Source: Pecten maximus
Lineage: Eukaryota
Reading direction: 5' to 3'
Assembly: GCF_902652985.1 (NCBI RefSeq)
Contig: NC_047028.1
Coordinates: forward strand, 37,386,001-37,450,000
DNA length: 64,000 bases
Shown here piece by piece: positions 1-11,928 of the stretch; the first letter of the stretch is position 1; each line of letters opens with the position of its first letter. The position numbers and the translations under genes are program-made. The notes under the pieces were generated by a model. It saw only the letters and a program-made list of their open reading frames with translations. It was not told where the DNA came from and did no database searches.

Positions 1-74
1 CGAACTCGCAACCTAGAGGTGGAGGGCTAGTGATAAAGTGACGGGACACCTTAACCACTCGGCCACTGTGGCCC
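1..74 (-). mobile_element. tRNA-derived SINE family A, 5' part (cut by window edge)
   Basis: Reverse complement matches the head of the 6775 copy. Confidence 0.85.
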
Positions 75-467
75 TTTTCTTTAGAGAACTTGCATTGTTA
101 CAACATAATATTTATAACAAGAAATATCTTTAAAAAGATAAACAGCAAAGTTTTAATGCTGGTGGTTATAATGTAAAACTACTGGTGAAATGAATTAACG
201 AACTAATGCGTTTCAGCACGGATAACAAAATTATATCAGTTTGAATCATTTTTGGTGATAATAAAACTGCATTTGAATCTGGAATATTATTTTATGAATT
301 CAGCTTGCATTCAATCTTAACTTTGTTTCGTCTTTAACTGCATATCTGCATTTTGCATTTACCGCTACATTGACCAATCACTTACTTTATCTTGACCAGT
401 AACGCCACCTGTCGCGTCATATCCGGAGCCAAAAGAATATTATACGGCTATGCCGAAAAAGACTTAC

Positions 468-672
468 TTTACTGAGTATGACGACGATGATGTTGATACT
501 TTGGAACAATGCTAACATCTGTGTAGATACTATCGGGGACAACAGGTAGGCCATACACAGAGTGTAAATCAGTACGAAGATGACTGCCCCGCTCTTCTGG
601 TTTGTGTAGTATAGAACTAGGTACACGATGACTGTTGTCTGTAGCACCAGAAATATACCTTCTCCGTACGAA
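468..672 (-). CDS. MPDU1: MPDU1 coding exon 4
   Basis: ttgcag acceptor; (S)SYGEGIFLVLQTTVIVYLVLYY...VVILSK; donor AAA|GTAAGT. Confidence 0.9.
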
Positions 673-1151
673 CTGCAAAATTAATATTTATAAAATTAGC
701 ATATCATTGCTAGAAATATACATATACTTCAGGGAATGTTTTTTGAAAAATGAAAAGGAAGTTTACTTTTAACACTTTCCGTACTTTGTGTTCTTTCCGG
801 ATTCCGTACCGGAAGTAGTTATTAGGCTTAGAAGTTTAAACAAAATAGCAGACTTAATGTGCATGGTTGATGTGTTATTTTTTCACATAGAAACACAATT
901 GTTTGTAGATTATTGAGAAATATTAAACTGAAAATATAGCAAGCCGCCATACTGTTTACATTAACAACCTAATCGAAAATGTAACCTATTACTCTAGTGG
1001 AAAAAAGTAACCTGAACGAAATAAACACTTTATCATCCAAAATGTTTGTTTCAAAAGTCTTAAACACCTTTTATATGTCATTGCATTGAATATTTGTATG
1101 TGTCAGGTGCTGTTTTTAACAAATCAACATTTGAATAACGTCAGCTAAGCC

Positions 1152-1385
1152 TGTCGACTTTAGTCGACAGTGGGGAAGAGGAAGCTTGAAATTATGTCGA
1201 CTGTAGTCGACAGTGGGGAAGAGGAAGCTTGAAATTATGTCGACTGTAGTCGACAGTGGGGAAGAGGGAGCTTGAAATTATGTCGACTGTAGTCGGCAGT
1301 GAGGAACAGGGAGATTGAAATTATATCGACTATAGTCGACAACGAGGAAGAGGAAGCACATTTTCATGTTGACTTTAGTCGACGA
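1152..1385. repeat. About 43-bp tandem repeat (about 5 copies) containing GTCGAC palindromes
   Basis: GTCGACTGTAGTCGACAGTGGGGAAGAGGAAGCTTGAAATTAT. Confidence 0.9.
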
Positions 1386-1475
1386 CGCCACTGAAAGAGT
1401 TAAAAGAATGCTCTTCTATATAGATGGATGACAGATAAACTGGTGAGCTGACACACCTGAACCTTTGTGACGTAC

Positions 1476-1608
1476 CTGAATGGAAATCCCATGGCAAATC
1501 CATAGGCTGTAGTGGCCGATACAGCAATCAGCTCAAACAAGACACTGATAAAACTGATGCCTTTGGCACTCTTGGCTTGGAGGATCTTGATAATCTGAGG
1601 CAGTTTTA
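1476..1608 (-). CDS. MPDU1: MPDU1 coding exon 3
   Basis: (V)KLPQIIKILQAKSAKGISF...MGFPF, the PQ-loop; ttttcag acceptor, AG|GTACG donor. Confidence 0.92.
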
Positions 1609-2200
1609 CTGAAAACAAATTCCATCACATTATTAGTATTAAACAATATCTAAAGACGAAAGAATCTGAAATTACAGATTTGATAAAATCATTTTTATTT
1701 ATTAAAGTTCACTTTGCTTAAAAATGTAATTTAAGTTCTCATGTTCATTATAACATAACCATTCTTATTCCAATATTTTCAAATTCTGATTTGTAATTAT
1801 ATATTCTGATTCTGATATTGAAAGTAATTTACTTTCAATGTTCCGTGATCTATCTAACCAATAATTACCTTCTATTAATCTCTTTTTAAAAGCTATGTAG
1901 TCTGAAAAGTATTTAAAAGGAATACTTCCCAGTACATGTATGTACCCATTTGTTTAGCTGGGATTACTAGAATATTTATATGGTAAAAGGTCATATTTAA
2001 AAGGAATACTCCCCAGTACATGTATGTACCCATTTGTTTAGCTGGGATTACTAGAATGTATATGGTAAAAGGTCAAGGCCAATGAGGACATTTCTGTTGT
2101 CTCAGTATAAAATTGAACCCGTAAACTTCTGTTCAGAGAAGTTTCAGGCTAGTGAAATATGAAGATTGGAGTTACAAGTTAAGCACTCTTCGAGTCTTAC

Positions 2201-2266
2201 CTAAAACTGCACCAAGAATTATACCATAGCCGAGACATTTGCTGAGGACCACTTTCTGACAATTAA
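2201..2266 (-). CDS. MPDU1: MPDU1 coding exon 2
   Basis: ttttcag acceptor; (V)NCQKVVLSKCLGYGIILGAVL; donor G|GTAAG. Confidence 0.9.
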
Positions 2267-2643
2267 CTGAAAATAAAATCATCATTTTACTACACATCAA
2301 TATAACACACGATAACATTCAAAATCAATTATGTTTGGCCATGGTGAATCTGTGTTTGAACCATACAATTATAAACAAATTTATCAGATTGTACTTTTGT
2401 TTCTTAAGACAGTGCAGTGAAATGTGGTTTGATTTAGTATTGCTTATAAGTATCATGTCAACATCTTATGTCATTTAAGGAAGGCTGTATGCGAGATGCG
2501 TGCTTGTGAAGAGTGTGTATTTAAGAGGTTGCAGTAAGCAAGGGTCTATACCTAACCTAAGGAATAGAAAACTGATATGGGACTAAATGGGTGTTTTTGG
2601 GTAGATAAATATCTCTTTTAGCCATATGTAATTTCACTATATG

Positions 2644-2991
2644 TGTAACAGGAGAGGAGAAAATGTAGCGGCCAGACCGGGGTTTGAACCCGGGACCTCC
2701 GAACACTAGCCGGATGCTCTACCGATTGAGCTACCTGGTCACCGATGATCGACCCAGTCCAGTCCCGCTACACACCTCCCTCCTTTTTTTCAAGTCTTCG
2801 CCCTCGAAGACACACGAGACCCTTATACCACCACCATGGGTATTTTAGTTGGGCGCCAATTTTGTAACAGGAGAGGAGAAAATGTAGCGGCCAGACCGGG
2901 GTTCGAACCCGGGACTTCCGAACACTAGCTGGATGCTCTACCGATTGAGCTACCTGGTCACCGATGATCGACCCAGTCCAGTCCCGCTACA
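2644..2991 (-). mobile_element. TRIM (miniature LTR element) with tRNA-like LTRs, Helenus-like
   Basis: Two 129-bp TG...CA direct repeats (2644-2772, 2863-2991). The 90-bp interior carries PBS TGGCGCCCAAC and PPT GAAAAAAAAGGAGGGAGG on the minus strand. The LTRs contain A and B boxes. Confidence 0.85.
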
Positions 2992-3358
2992 TATATATGT
3001 ACATTTATATATATATATCCATATGTACAGTTCAACTCGATTTTATTTCATCTGCACCAATATTTTAGCAACAACTCTTATTTCCAAAGCACTATGAATT
3101 TTCTCGACGTTTCAATCTCTAACAATGTTGTAGTACTTTGGCCTTTGTTTTTATACTCGTTTCCACGTCACGAACTTGGAACTTTGAACGAACATCAGGA
3201 CGTTTCGTCCCAAAATAATTGCCCAACAAACCATTACACTGTAGTATGTACAATCAAATATATTGTGGTCGAAACGACTTTTTGACATGACTGCATAAAA
3301 GTAGTAACATATATGTTTGTTATATGAAGAAGGAAATCAAAACAGTAGCAAAATATAC

Positions 3359-3467
3359 CATCTAAAAAGTTAAACTTGACAAAGAATTCGTCGTAGCAGG
3401 GCTGTGGCACAAAAACCTGCGCGGTTCTTTCCAAGAGAGACACATCCTTCGTTGCCGGTTTCGCCAT
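3359..3467 (-). CDS. MPDU1: MPDU1 coding exon 1
   Basis: ATG at 3467; MAKPATK...CYDEFFVKFNFLD; donor G|GTATAT, phase 1. Confidence 0.9.
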
Positions 3468-3590
3468 GGTTGTCTTGGTCTGTATAATGCTTGAGAAGCA
3501 AAAGTCGATGTAAATCAAGCGCTAAGCTGACACCGACACACGTATACAACAGTCTGACCCGGAAAACGACCCGATCAAAGGTAGGCGTAC
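3468..3590. promoter_or_regulatory. MPDU1 promoter/5'UTR region, possibly bidirectional
   Basis: CpG-richer patch upstream of the MPDU1 ATG with CCGGAAA. A plus-strand AAG|GTAGGC at 3580 could be the donor of a non-coding SDR exon (inference). Confidence 0.35.
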
Positions 3591-4884
3591 TCTGTCGTCC
3601 GCATTGAAGTTGCTTACAAACATGTATGCAACACTTCTCTCAAGTGTCGTCAGCGTGGTAGCAACTGCTATTATTATGTTTAGATATAACGATTGATTTT
3701 GTGATCTATATTTTCTTAGATTTAGCGGCCCGTCCCTCCTGTTACCGTATTTATACTAACAATAAACCTGTCCTGTTCTAGTACAGTACGTACACAATGT
3801 AGATTAGTACACAATTATACTAATAAACACATAAACACCGAGAATAATGATGTTATACTTCCTGTATCCTGACACGCGTTGAGATGTATATAGCAACATG
3901 GCAGCTTATATTTTGGATAGGTTGATGTACTAAATTTAAACTACACACGTGACATACATGTACCTATCAATGGACTTATTAACGGTTTACACCAAATTCT
4001 CCCTCATCAGTCTTTAATTTTGTACATACTTCAGCTTTGTTGGTCACGTGTTTTGGAGGCATATTATGTATAAAGAATATCTGTAACGAGTTCATATTTC
4101 ATATTATCATTATTATAAACAGAGTTATGGCCCTTTGTTCAATCTTAAATTGTCCGGGGTTTACCTGCTTTGCTGTTTCAGCTATATTGACAAAACTCGC
4201 ACTACCTATTCTGTAGAAGATGGAATCTGTCCTATTGAAATATGATATCTATATTGCGGTTTTACCTCTTAGCGCCAACACTTTGAACTCCCATGATGCA
4301 TTTACATATAATTATAGATGTATCGGGTACTGTACGCTTATGTCAAATCTTGCTGTCTTGACCTCGTAAACTAGGCGATGTGAAATGTAATGTAATGTAA
4401 ATAAACAAACATATCTTTATGATTCAAACAATTTGGATTATTAGCCTTCGGCGAGAAAACGGACTCTGTCCACTTCTCAAGTCACCATCTTGTTTCCAAA
4501 GATTACTAAGAATGCGAAAATTTCTAATTAGAATGTTCCCTTTGGAACAATTCTGGTAAGATATTTTGAAAAATATTGATCGCTGAGTTTTTATTAGATT
4601 GCATTGCATATATCGCTAGAAACAAGCAGAACACAATATTTCCAACAAGCTGTTCCACCAATGTAGATGTGTCTAGAAAGAATACATAACATATTTTATT
4701 TAATGGTGATAAATACGACGATAAAGAACTGATCAGAATATCCCTGTAGGTGGGGAGACATGTCACACATACATACATATACAGTCACCGTATTTACAAT
4801 GTACATAATTAATGTTTATTGCTGGTGTGGAGTGGGCCCGGAGCAACTGTCTTGGCCGTCACTGTTTACATAAAGGTATATAAG

Positions 4885-4915
<31 letters not shown>

Positions 4916-5043
4916 GTGTGTATTTATATATAGAATGATGTTAAATATCGTTAATTGCCTTTTCAGTGTAACCTATGGAAAATTATCAAAATGTTCAATT
5001 ATCTCATTTGACTTCAAAGTTTCAAATTTATAGTACATATAGC

Positions 5044-5136
5044 CACAGGCGTCTGCTTCAGGTTAGTATTAATAGAAACAGATATTAGGGTATGATATTT
5101 TTTTCTATTATTACTAACCAGAAGCAGACGCCTGTG
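5044..5136. mobile_element. Short foldback MITE, CACAGGCG termini
   Basis: CACAGGCGTCTGCTTC...GAAGCAGACGCCTGTG inverted repeats of about 35 bp. Confidence 0.7.
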
Positions 5137-5537
5137 ATACAGGATTCATAGAATGACAGTTAATAGAAATTCAGTGTATAGCAATATATTCGCCGAAAAA
5201 TATCAATACTGTCCATTGCATATAAAACATACACTGCGTATTCATGACGACCTGAAAATGCGAGTTTCCTTTTTTGACACGAGATATATACACGTATGTC
5301 TGAAAATTCGTGATGGGTTTCTCATATCTACTTCAAATGGAAACACAATTACATGTATCTAATTAACGTAATTACATGGCCAATTTGTTTGTATACAATA
5401 AGACAATATCAAATTTCGATGATTTTAATCAGATGTGGGCTGGTGTGGCACCAGAAACAATGGCAGTATTCTTGATCGTTTTTTATTTCACAAAATGGCT
5501 TCATTTCATGGCCTCCGATGGGTCAATCGCACAACTT

Positions 5538-6705
5538 ATTTTAGTTTCTGTAAAACGCCCACATTTCAGTGCGAGTTCAATCTTACGACCAATTTTAGTT
5601 TCTGTAAAACGCCCACATTTCAGTGCGAGTTCAATGTTACGACCAATTTTAGTTTCTGTAAAACGCCCACATTTCAGTGCGAGTTCAATGTTACGACCAA
5701 TTTTAGTTTCTGTAAAACGCCCACATTTCAGTGCGAGTTCAATGTTACGACCAATTTTAGTTTCTGTAAAACGCCTCAATTTCAGTGCGAATTCAATGTT
5801 ACGACTAGTTTTAGTTTCTGTAAAACGCCTCAATTTCAATGCGAGTTCAATCTTACGACCAATTTTAGTTTCTGTAAAACGCCCACATTTCTGTGCGAGT
5901 TCAATGTTACGACCAATTTTAGTTTTTGTAAAACGCCCCAATTTCAATGCGAGTTCAATCTTACGACCAGTTTTAGTTTTTTGTAAAACGCCCCAATTTC
6001 AGTGCGAGTTCAATGTTACGACCAATTTTAGTTTTTCTAAAACGCCTCAATTTCAGTGCGAGTTCAATCTTACGACCAGTTTTAGTTTCTGTAAAACGCC
6101 CACATTTCAGTGCGAATTCAATGTTACGACCAATTTTAGTTTCTGTAAAACGCCCACATTTCTGTGCGAGTTCAATGTTACGACCAATTTTAGTTTTTGT
6201 AAAACGCCTCAATTTCAGCGCGAGTTCAATCTTACGACCAATTTTAGTTTTTTGTAAAACGCCCCAATTTCAGTGCGAGTTCAATCTTACGACCAATTTT
6301 AGTTTTTGTAAAACGCCTCAATTTCAGTGCGAGTTCAATCTTACGACCAGTTTTAGTTTTTGTAAAACGCCTCAATTTCAGTGCGAGTTCAATCTTACGA
6401 CTAGTTTTAGTTTCTGTAAAACGCCTCAATTTCAATGCGAGTTCAATCTTACGACCAATTTTAGTTTCTGTAAAACGCCCACATTTCAGTGCGAGTTCAA
6501 TGTTACGACCAATTTTAGTTTCTGTAAAACGCCCACATTTCAGTGCGAGTTCAATGTTACGACCAATTTTAGTTTCTGTAAAACGCCTCAATTTCAATGC
6601 GAGTTCAATCTTACGACCAATTTTAGTTTCTGTAAAACGCCCCAATTTCAGTGCGAGTTCAGTCTAACGACCAAGCTTATATTAGTTGCTGTAAAACGCC
6701 CCCAT
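5538..6705. repeat. 54-bp minisatellite (about 21 copies)
   Basis: TTTTAGTTTCTGTAAAACGCCCACATTTCAGTGCGAGTTCAATGTTACGACCAA. Confidence 0.95.
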
Positions 6706-6774
6706 TATCTAATAACCTACATCTCATCTAAACAGTATATATATTGCCCCATACTGTGTGTACAAATAGACTTA

Positions 6775-6998
6775 GGGGCCGCGGTGGCCGAGTGGTTAAG
6801 GTGTACCGACACTTTATCACTAGCCCTCCACCACTGGGTTGCGAGTTCGAAACCTACGTGGGGCAGTTGCCAGGTACTGACCGTAGGCCGGTGGTTTTTC
6901 TCCGGGTACTCCGGCTTTCATCCACCTTCAAAACCTGGCACGTCCTTAAAATGACCCTGGCTGTTAATAGGACGTTAAACAAAATCAAACCAAACAAA
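6775..6998 (+). mobile_element. tRNA-derived SINE family A (V-domain-like)
   Basis: A box TGGCCGAGTGG, B box GAGTTCGAAACC, core GGTTTTTCTCCGGGTACTCCGGCTTTC, A-rich tail; six copies in the window. Confidence 0.88.
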
Positions 6999-7372
6999 TG
7001 GACTCGTTTGATTCGTATTATAAATTCAGTGTTAATATATATTCCGAAACCTAATAAAAATTTGGATTTACTTATGCATTGATAACCCCGAATTTGTTAA
7101 GGATTCAGAATATTAATGTATATGAATACTGAATTTGTATAGTATTGAGGTTGCTAACTGGTGTCATATGTTACACAAAATCCCGAAACCGAGACCCTGT
7201 GGACAAATTGTACACAGGTTCTTGACCAGATATCAACTTATCTTACAACTGACAGCAACGCGGCACTGTCATCATCACAGAAGGTCAAGGACATCTCTAG
7301 CGAATTTTCTTGCGACTTTTTCACTTTGGCCTTTGTTCTTTTCTCCATGTTACCAATTTACTTGCAGGAAAC

Positions 7373-7527
7373 ATGAGTATGAACGGGAAGGTTGCCGTAG
7401 TAACGGGGTCGACCAGTGGAATCGGTTACGGGATTGCCACAGCTTTGGCGTCACGTGGTTGTACTCTAATCATAACGGGGCTGGCTGACCAAGATACCAT
7501 TGACAAGGTCATCACAACCATCAAAAG
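7373..7527 (+). CDS. SDR/BDH-like coding exon 1
   Basis: MSMNGKVAVVTGSTSGIGYGIA... (Rossmann TGxxxGxG). An acceptor (ttgcag) ends at 7367 just upstream of the ATG; donor AG|GTACAT. Confidence 0.92.
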
Positions 7528-8567
7528 GTACATCATAAGTCCTACTATCATACGAAGTACGTCCTACGTCCTACTATCATACAAAATATGTCATAATTCC
7601 TACTATCATACAAAGTACGTCATAAGTCCTACTATCATACAAAATAGTCATATGTCCTACTATCATACAAAGTACGTCATAATTCCTACTATCATACAAA
7701 GTACGTCATAAGTCCTACTATCATACAAAATAGTCATACGTCCTACTATTATACAAATTACGTCATATGTCCTACTATCATACAAAGTACGTCATGCGTC
7801 CTATTATCATACAAAGTACGTCATATGTCCTACTATCATACAAAGTACGTCATAAGTCCTACTATCATACAAAGTACGTCATACGTCCTACTATCAAAAA
7901 GTATGTCATACGTTCTACTAAAATACAAAGTACGTCATACGTCCTTTTATCATACAAAGTACGTCATATGTCCTACTATCATACAAAGTACGTCATACGT
8001 CCTACTATCATACAAAGTACGGCATATGTCCTACTATCAAAAAGTATGTCATACGTCCTACTATCATACAAAGTATGTCATATGTCCTACTATCATACAA
8101 AGTACGTCATAAGTCCTACTATCATACAAAGTACGTCATATGTCCTACTATCAAAAAGTATGTCATACATCCTACTATCATACAAAGTACGTCATACGTC
8201 CTTCTATCATACAAAGTACTTCATAAGTCCTACTATCATACAAAGTATGTCATACGTCCTACTATCATACAAAGTACGGCATATGTCCTACTATCAAAAA
8301 GTATGTCATACGTCCTACTATCATACAAAGTATGTCATATGTCCTACTATCATACAAAGTACGTCATAAGTCCTACTATCATACAAAGTACGTCATATGT
8401 CCTACTATCAAAAAGTATGTCATACGTCCTACTATCATACAAAGTACGTCATACGTCCTTCTATCATACAAAGTACGTCATAAGTCCTACTATCATACAA
8501 AGTATGTCATACGTCCTACTATCATACAAAGTACGTCATAAGTCCTACTATCGTACAAAGGTATGTC
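7520..8567. repeat. About 29-bp minisatellite starting at the SDR exon 1 donor
   Basis: GTCCTACTATCATACAAAGTACGTCATAA, about 35 copies. Confidence 0.93.
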
Positions 8568-8754
8568 CAGGGGTTTTTCTCCCTGGTTTGGAAGAAGCTG
8601 CTTTGTCTCATTTTTTGGAAAACAGTTTTTGAATAAGGAAAGATTTGTTCAGGTGTAAACTGCAAATTTTGGTATTTTGGCTTAAATATGAAAAAAATTC
8701 AATCGTGAATGGGGCCCCTTAATGGCCCCTGAAAGCCCCAAGAAAAACCCCCTG
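8568..8754. mobile_element. MITE, CAGGG termini, 5-bp TSD (hAT5-like)
   Basis: CAGGGGTTTTTCT...AGAAAAACCCCCTG; TSD ATGTC. Confidence 0.78.
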
Positions 8755-8914
8755 ATGTCTCAAGTCCTACCATACAAAGGTATGACATACATTTTACCTG
8801 TCCTTCCTACTGACTATTTTCTGAACAAGATAACAATTTAATAATAAGAATTCTCCCTTACTGTATATAATCAATGCTGTAGTGTTAATTGACTGATTGT
8901 CTCTGTCATTGTAG

Positions 8915-9039
8915 TGAACACAAGGTGGAGGCGACCTTCGTGCCAGGAGACCTACGCTCTGTGACGTCAATAGAGAACTTCTGTAAACAAGTGTTGGAGC
9001 TGTATCCTGGTGGAGTGGATATACTGATCAACAACGCTG
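8915..9039 (+). CDS. SDR/BDH-like coding exon 2
   Basis: (S)EHKVEATFVPGDL...GGVDILINNA; ttgtag acceptor, G|GTATGT donor. Confidence 0.92.
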
Positions 9040-10440
9040 GTATGTAGATATCTAATAGGTATTAATAGAGTTGTCTCCCCTGATGAGGATTGGATGTTCT
9101 GATCAACATCGCTGGTATGTAGATATCTAATAGGTATTAATAGAGTTGTCTCCCCTTATGAGGAGTGGCTATACTGATCAACAACGCTGGTATGTAGATA
9201 TCTAATAGGTATTAATAGAGTTGTCTCCCCTTACGAGGATTGGATGTTCTGATCAACAATGCTGGTATGTTAATATCGCCAATGGTATGTAGATATCTAA
9301 TCGGTATTAACAGAGTTGTCTCCCCTTATGAGGAGCACAGGCGCTTGCATAGAAAATGTGATTTTCAATTTTTTTATATGACAGTGGTATGTGTAATCTG
9401 TTAAGTACAGATTACACATACCACTGTCATATAAAAAAATGGGTATACTGATCAACAATGCTGGTATGTTAATATCGCCAATGGTGTGAAGATATCTAAT
9501 CAGTTTTAATAGAGTTGTCTCCCCTTATGAGGAGTGTATATACGGATATACACAATGCTGGTATGTTATATACGGATATACACAATGCTGGTATGTTATA
9601 TACGGATATACACAATGCTGGTATGTTAATATCGCCAATGGTATTTAGATATCTAATCAGTATTTACAGAGTTGTCTCCCCTTCTGAGGAGTGTATCTAC
9701 GGATATACATTACTGCCAATCATTATGTAGAAAACTTATCGGAATTAACAAAATTGTCTCCCCTTATGAGGAGTATTTCTAATCGGTAATACCAGAGTTG
9801 TGTCCCCTTTTGAGGAGTTAATATTCAGATATGTAATGCTGGTACGTCATTATTGGTAATCGTTATGTAGATATCTAATCGGTTTAAACAGAATTGTCTC
9901 CCCTTATGAGGAGTGGATATATATTACTGGCAATCATTATCAGTAGATATCTAATCGGTTTAAACAGAATTGTCTCCCCTTATGAGGAGTGGATATATAT
10001 TACTGGCAATCATTATCAGTAGATATCTAATCGGTTTAAACAGAATTGTCTCCCCTTATGAGGAGTGGATATATATTACTGGCAATCATTATCAGTAGAT
10101 ATCTAATCGGTTTAAACAGAATTGTCTCCCCTTATGAGGAGTGGATATATATTACTGGCAATCATTATCAGTAGATATCTAATCGGTTTAAACAGAATTG
10201 TCTCCCCTTATGAGGAGTGGATATATATTACTTGCAATCATTATCAGTAGATATCAAATCAGTATTTACAGAGTTGTCTCCCCTTATGAGGAGTGTATAC
10301 GGATATACAATGCTGGAACATAATTACTACCAATCATTATGAAGATATCTAATCGATATTAACAGAGTTATCTCCCCTTATGAGAATTAGAAATGCTGGT
10401 AAGTTTTTACTGACAATGATTATGCAGATATCTAATTAGT
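9012..10440. repeat. About 75-bp degenerate array copied from the SDR exon 2/intron 2 junction
   Basis: GGAGTGGATATACTGATCAACAACGCTG|GTATGTAGATATCTAAT...GTCTCCCCTTATGA is reiterated. Confidence 0.9.
9336..9439. mobile_element. Truncated copy of the 14472 MITE
   Basis: CACAGGCGCTTGCATAGAAAATGTG... identical start; right arm lost. Confidence 0.8.
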
Positions 10441-10656
10441 TGTTTCCATTGTTGGACGATTATGATCAGGGAGTATCCCGTTATAAATGCCATGATGTGT
10501 GAATTTTAACATTTGGGTACAAAAATTATTAATTTCCCGTATGGATGAATGATCACCTGATTGATTGCAGTACGTAGAACGGTACACCTTTTGAAATCAT
10601 ATAGCGGCCCTGTACAGTAATCAATATGTTTTATTGTGAATATTTCTTACTTGTAG

Positions 10657-10779
10657 GAGTCCAGCACCTTGACCTGGTAGAGAACTATCCGACAGAGAAA
10701 TGGGACACCATGGTCGCTGTGTCACTGTCCGCACCATTCCATCTGATGAAAGCGTTCCTTCCAGGCATGAAGGCCAAGG
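10657..10779 (+). CDS. SDR/BDH-like coding exon 3
   Basis: (G)VQHLDLVENYPTEKWDTMVAVSLSAPFHLMKAFLPGMKAK; phases consistent with neighbours. Confidence 0.92.
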
Positions 10780-11079
10780 GTATTAGATTTTTTGTATTTT
10801 GAAGCTCGTGCTAACTTATTTTAAGTCATCACCATTAGATTTATCATTATCAATATAAAAACAATTTAAACTATGTCATAATAAATGAATTGAAAAGCAC
10901 AAATTTCATGTTCAAGAGCGAAAATAAATTCAATAAAATGAAATCACAGCTGCTTTTGACTGAACCGGGTGAATACTTATGGCAGAGTTCAGAGATCCTG
11001 GGTTCAAATCCTTATAAAACCAATTGCAGTTTCCCTCCCATTACAGAACAGTAAAAAAAATTGCCAGGAAAGTAGAAAC

Positions 11080-11790
11080 TTATTTATTTTACAACAGTTG
11101 CGATACGAGTTATATTAACTTATATCTATCAAGTTATATTAACTTATATCTATCAAGTTATATTAACTTATATTTATCAAGTTATATTAACTTATATCTA
11201 TCAAGTTATATTAACTTATATCTATCAAGTTATATTAACTTATATCTGTCAAGTTATATTGACTTATATCTATCAAGTTATATTGACTTATATCTATCAA
11301 GTTATATTAACTTATATCTATCAAGTTATATTAACTTATATCTATCAAGTTATATTAACTTATATCTATCAAGTTATATTAACTTATATCTATCAAGTTA
11401 TATTAACTTATATCTATCAAGTTATATTAACTTATATCTATCAAGTTATATTATCTTATATCTATCAAGTTATATTAACTTATATCTATCAAGTTATATT
11501 AACTTATATCTATCAAGTTATATTAACTTATATCTATCAAGTTATATTAACTTATATCTATCAAGTTATATTAACTTATATCTATCAAGTTATATTAACT
11601 TATATCTATCACTCTTGTTGGTCCGGATGGAAGTGCGTGATGGGTCTTACTGTGGGAGGAAACCGTAGTATCCGGGTTAAACCCACATGGTTGGCCAGGT
11701 GACCCCATACCTTTTCACATTGTAACGGAGAATTGAACCGCGGCCGCATAGGTGAAAAGCAAGTGTGTTACCACTGTGCTACCTGACCTT
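11080..11790 (-). mobile_element. SINE family B (V-domain-like), internally expanded by a 24-bp tandem array
   Basis: Homologous to 43760-44002 on both sides of the 24-bp array; tRNA-like head on the minus strand. Confidence 0.72.
11106..11611. repeat. 24-bp minisatellite (about 21 copies)
   Basis: AAGTTATATTAACTTATATCTATC. Confidence 0.95.
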
Positions 11791-11928
11791 CAACAGAACT
11801 GTAGCAATGTTTAAAATCCATCAAAATAATGTTGTAGCAACGCATTACATAATGTATTTGGTATTTTGTACATATGCATGCCCAAAATCTGCTGATAACA
11901 TCTGATTGTCAAGTGTTGAATATTGCAG

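Larger units (their letters stand above)
468..3467 (-). other. MPDU1: Gene span: mannose-P-dolichol utilization defect 1 protein (PQ-loop membrane protein), 3'-incomplete in window
   Basis: Four GT-AG exons (3467-3359, 2266-2201, 1608-1476, 672-468) splice in frame to MAKPATKDVSLLERTAQVFVPQPCYDEFFVKFNFLDVNCQKVVLSKCLGYGIILGAVLVKLPQIIKILQAKSAKGISFISVLFELIAVSATTAYGFAMGFPFSSYGEGIFLVLQ..., recognisable as MPDU1/Lec35 (KLPQ motif, FPFSSxGE). Confidence 0.93.

Noticed and set aside
2663-2745. tRNA genes suggested by A/B boxes here and in the SINE heads
   Set aside because: They are embedded in LTRs or SINE bodies, and I could not fold a convincing canonical cloverleaf by eye.
5376-6954. Long ORFs (293, 313 and 183 aa)
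   Set aside because: Translations of a 54-bp minisatellite that is open in several frames on both strands.
10945-11045. Possible solo tRNA-like LTR (GGGTTCAAATCC...TTACA)
   Set aside because: Only a B-box-like motif is visible; no partner repeat, PBS or TSD.
7767-11702. YYHTKY-repeat and YINLYLSS-repeat ORFs
   Set aside because: Minisatellite artefacts inside SDR introns.
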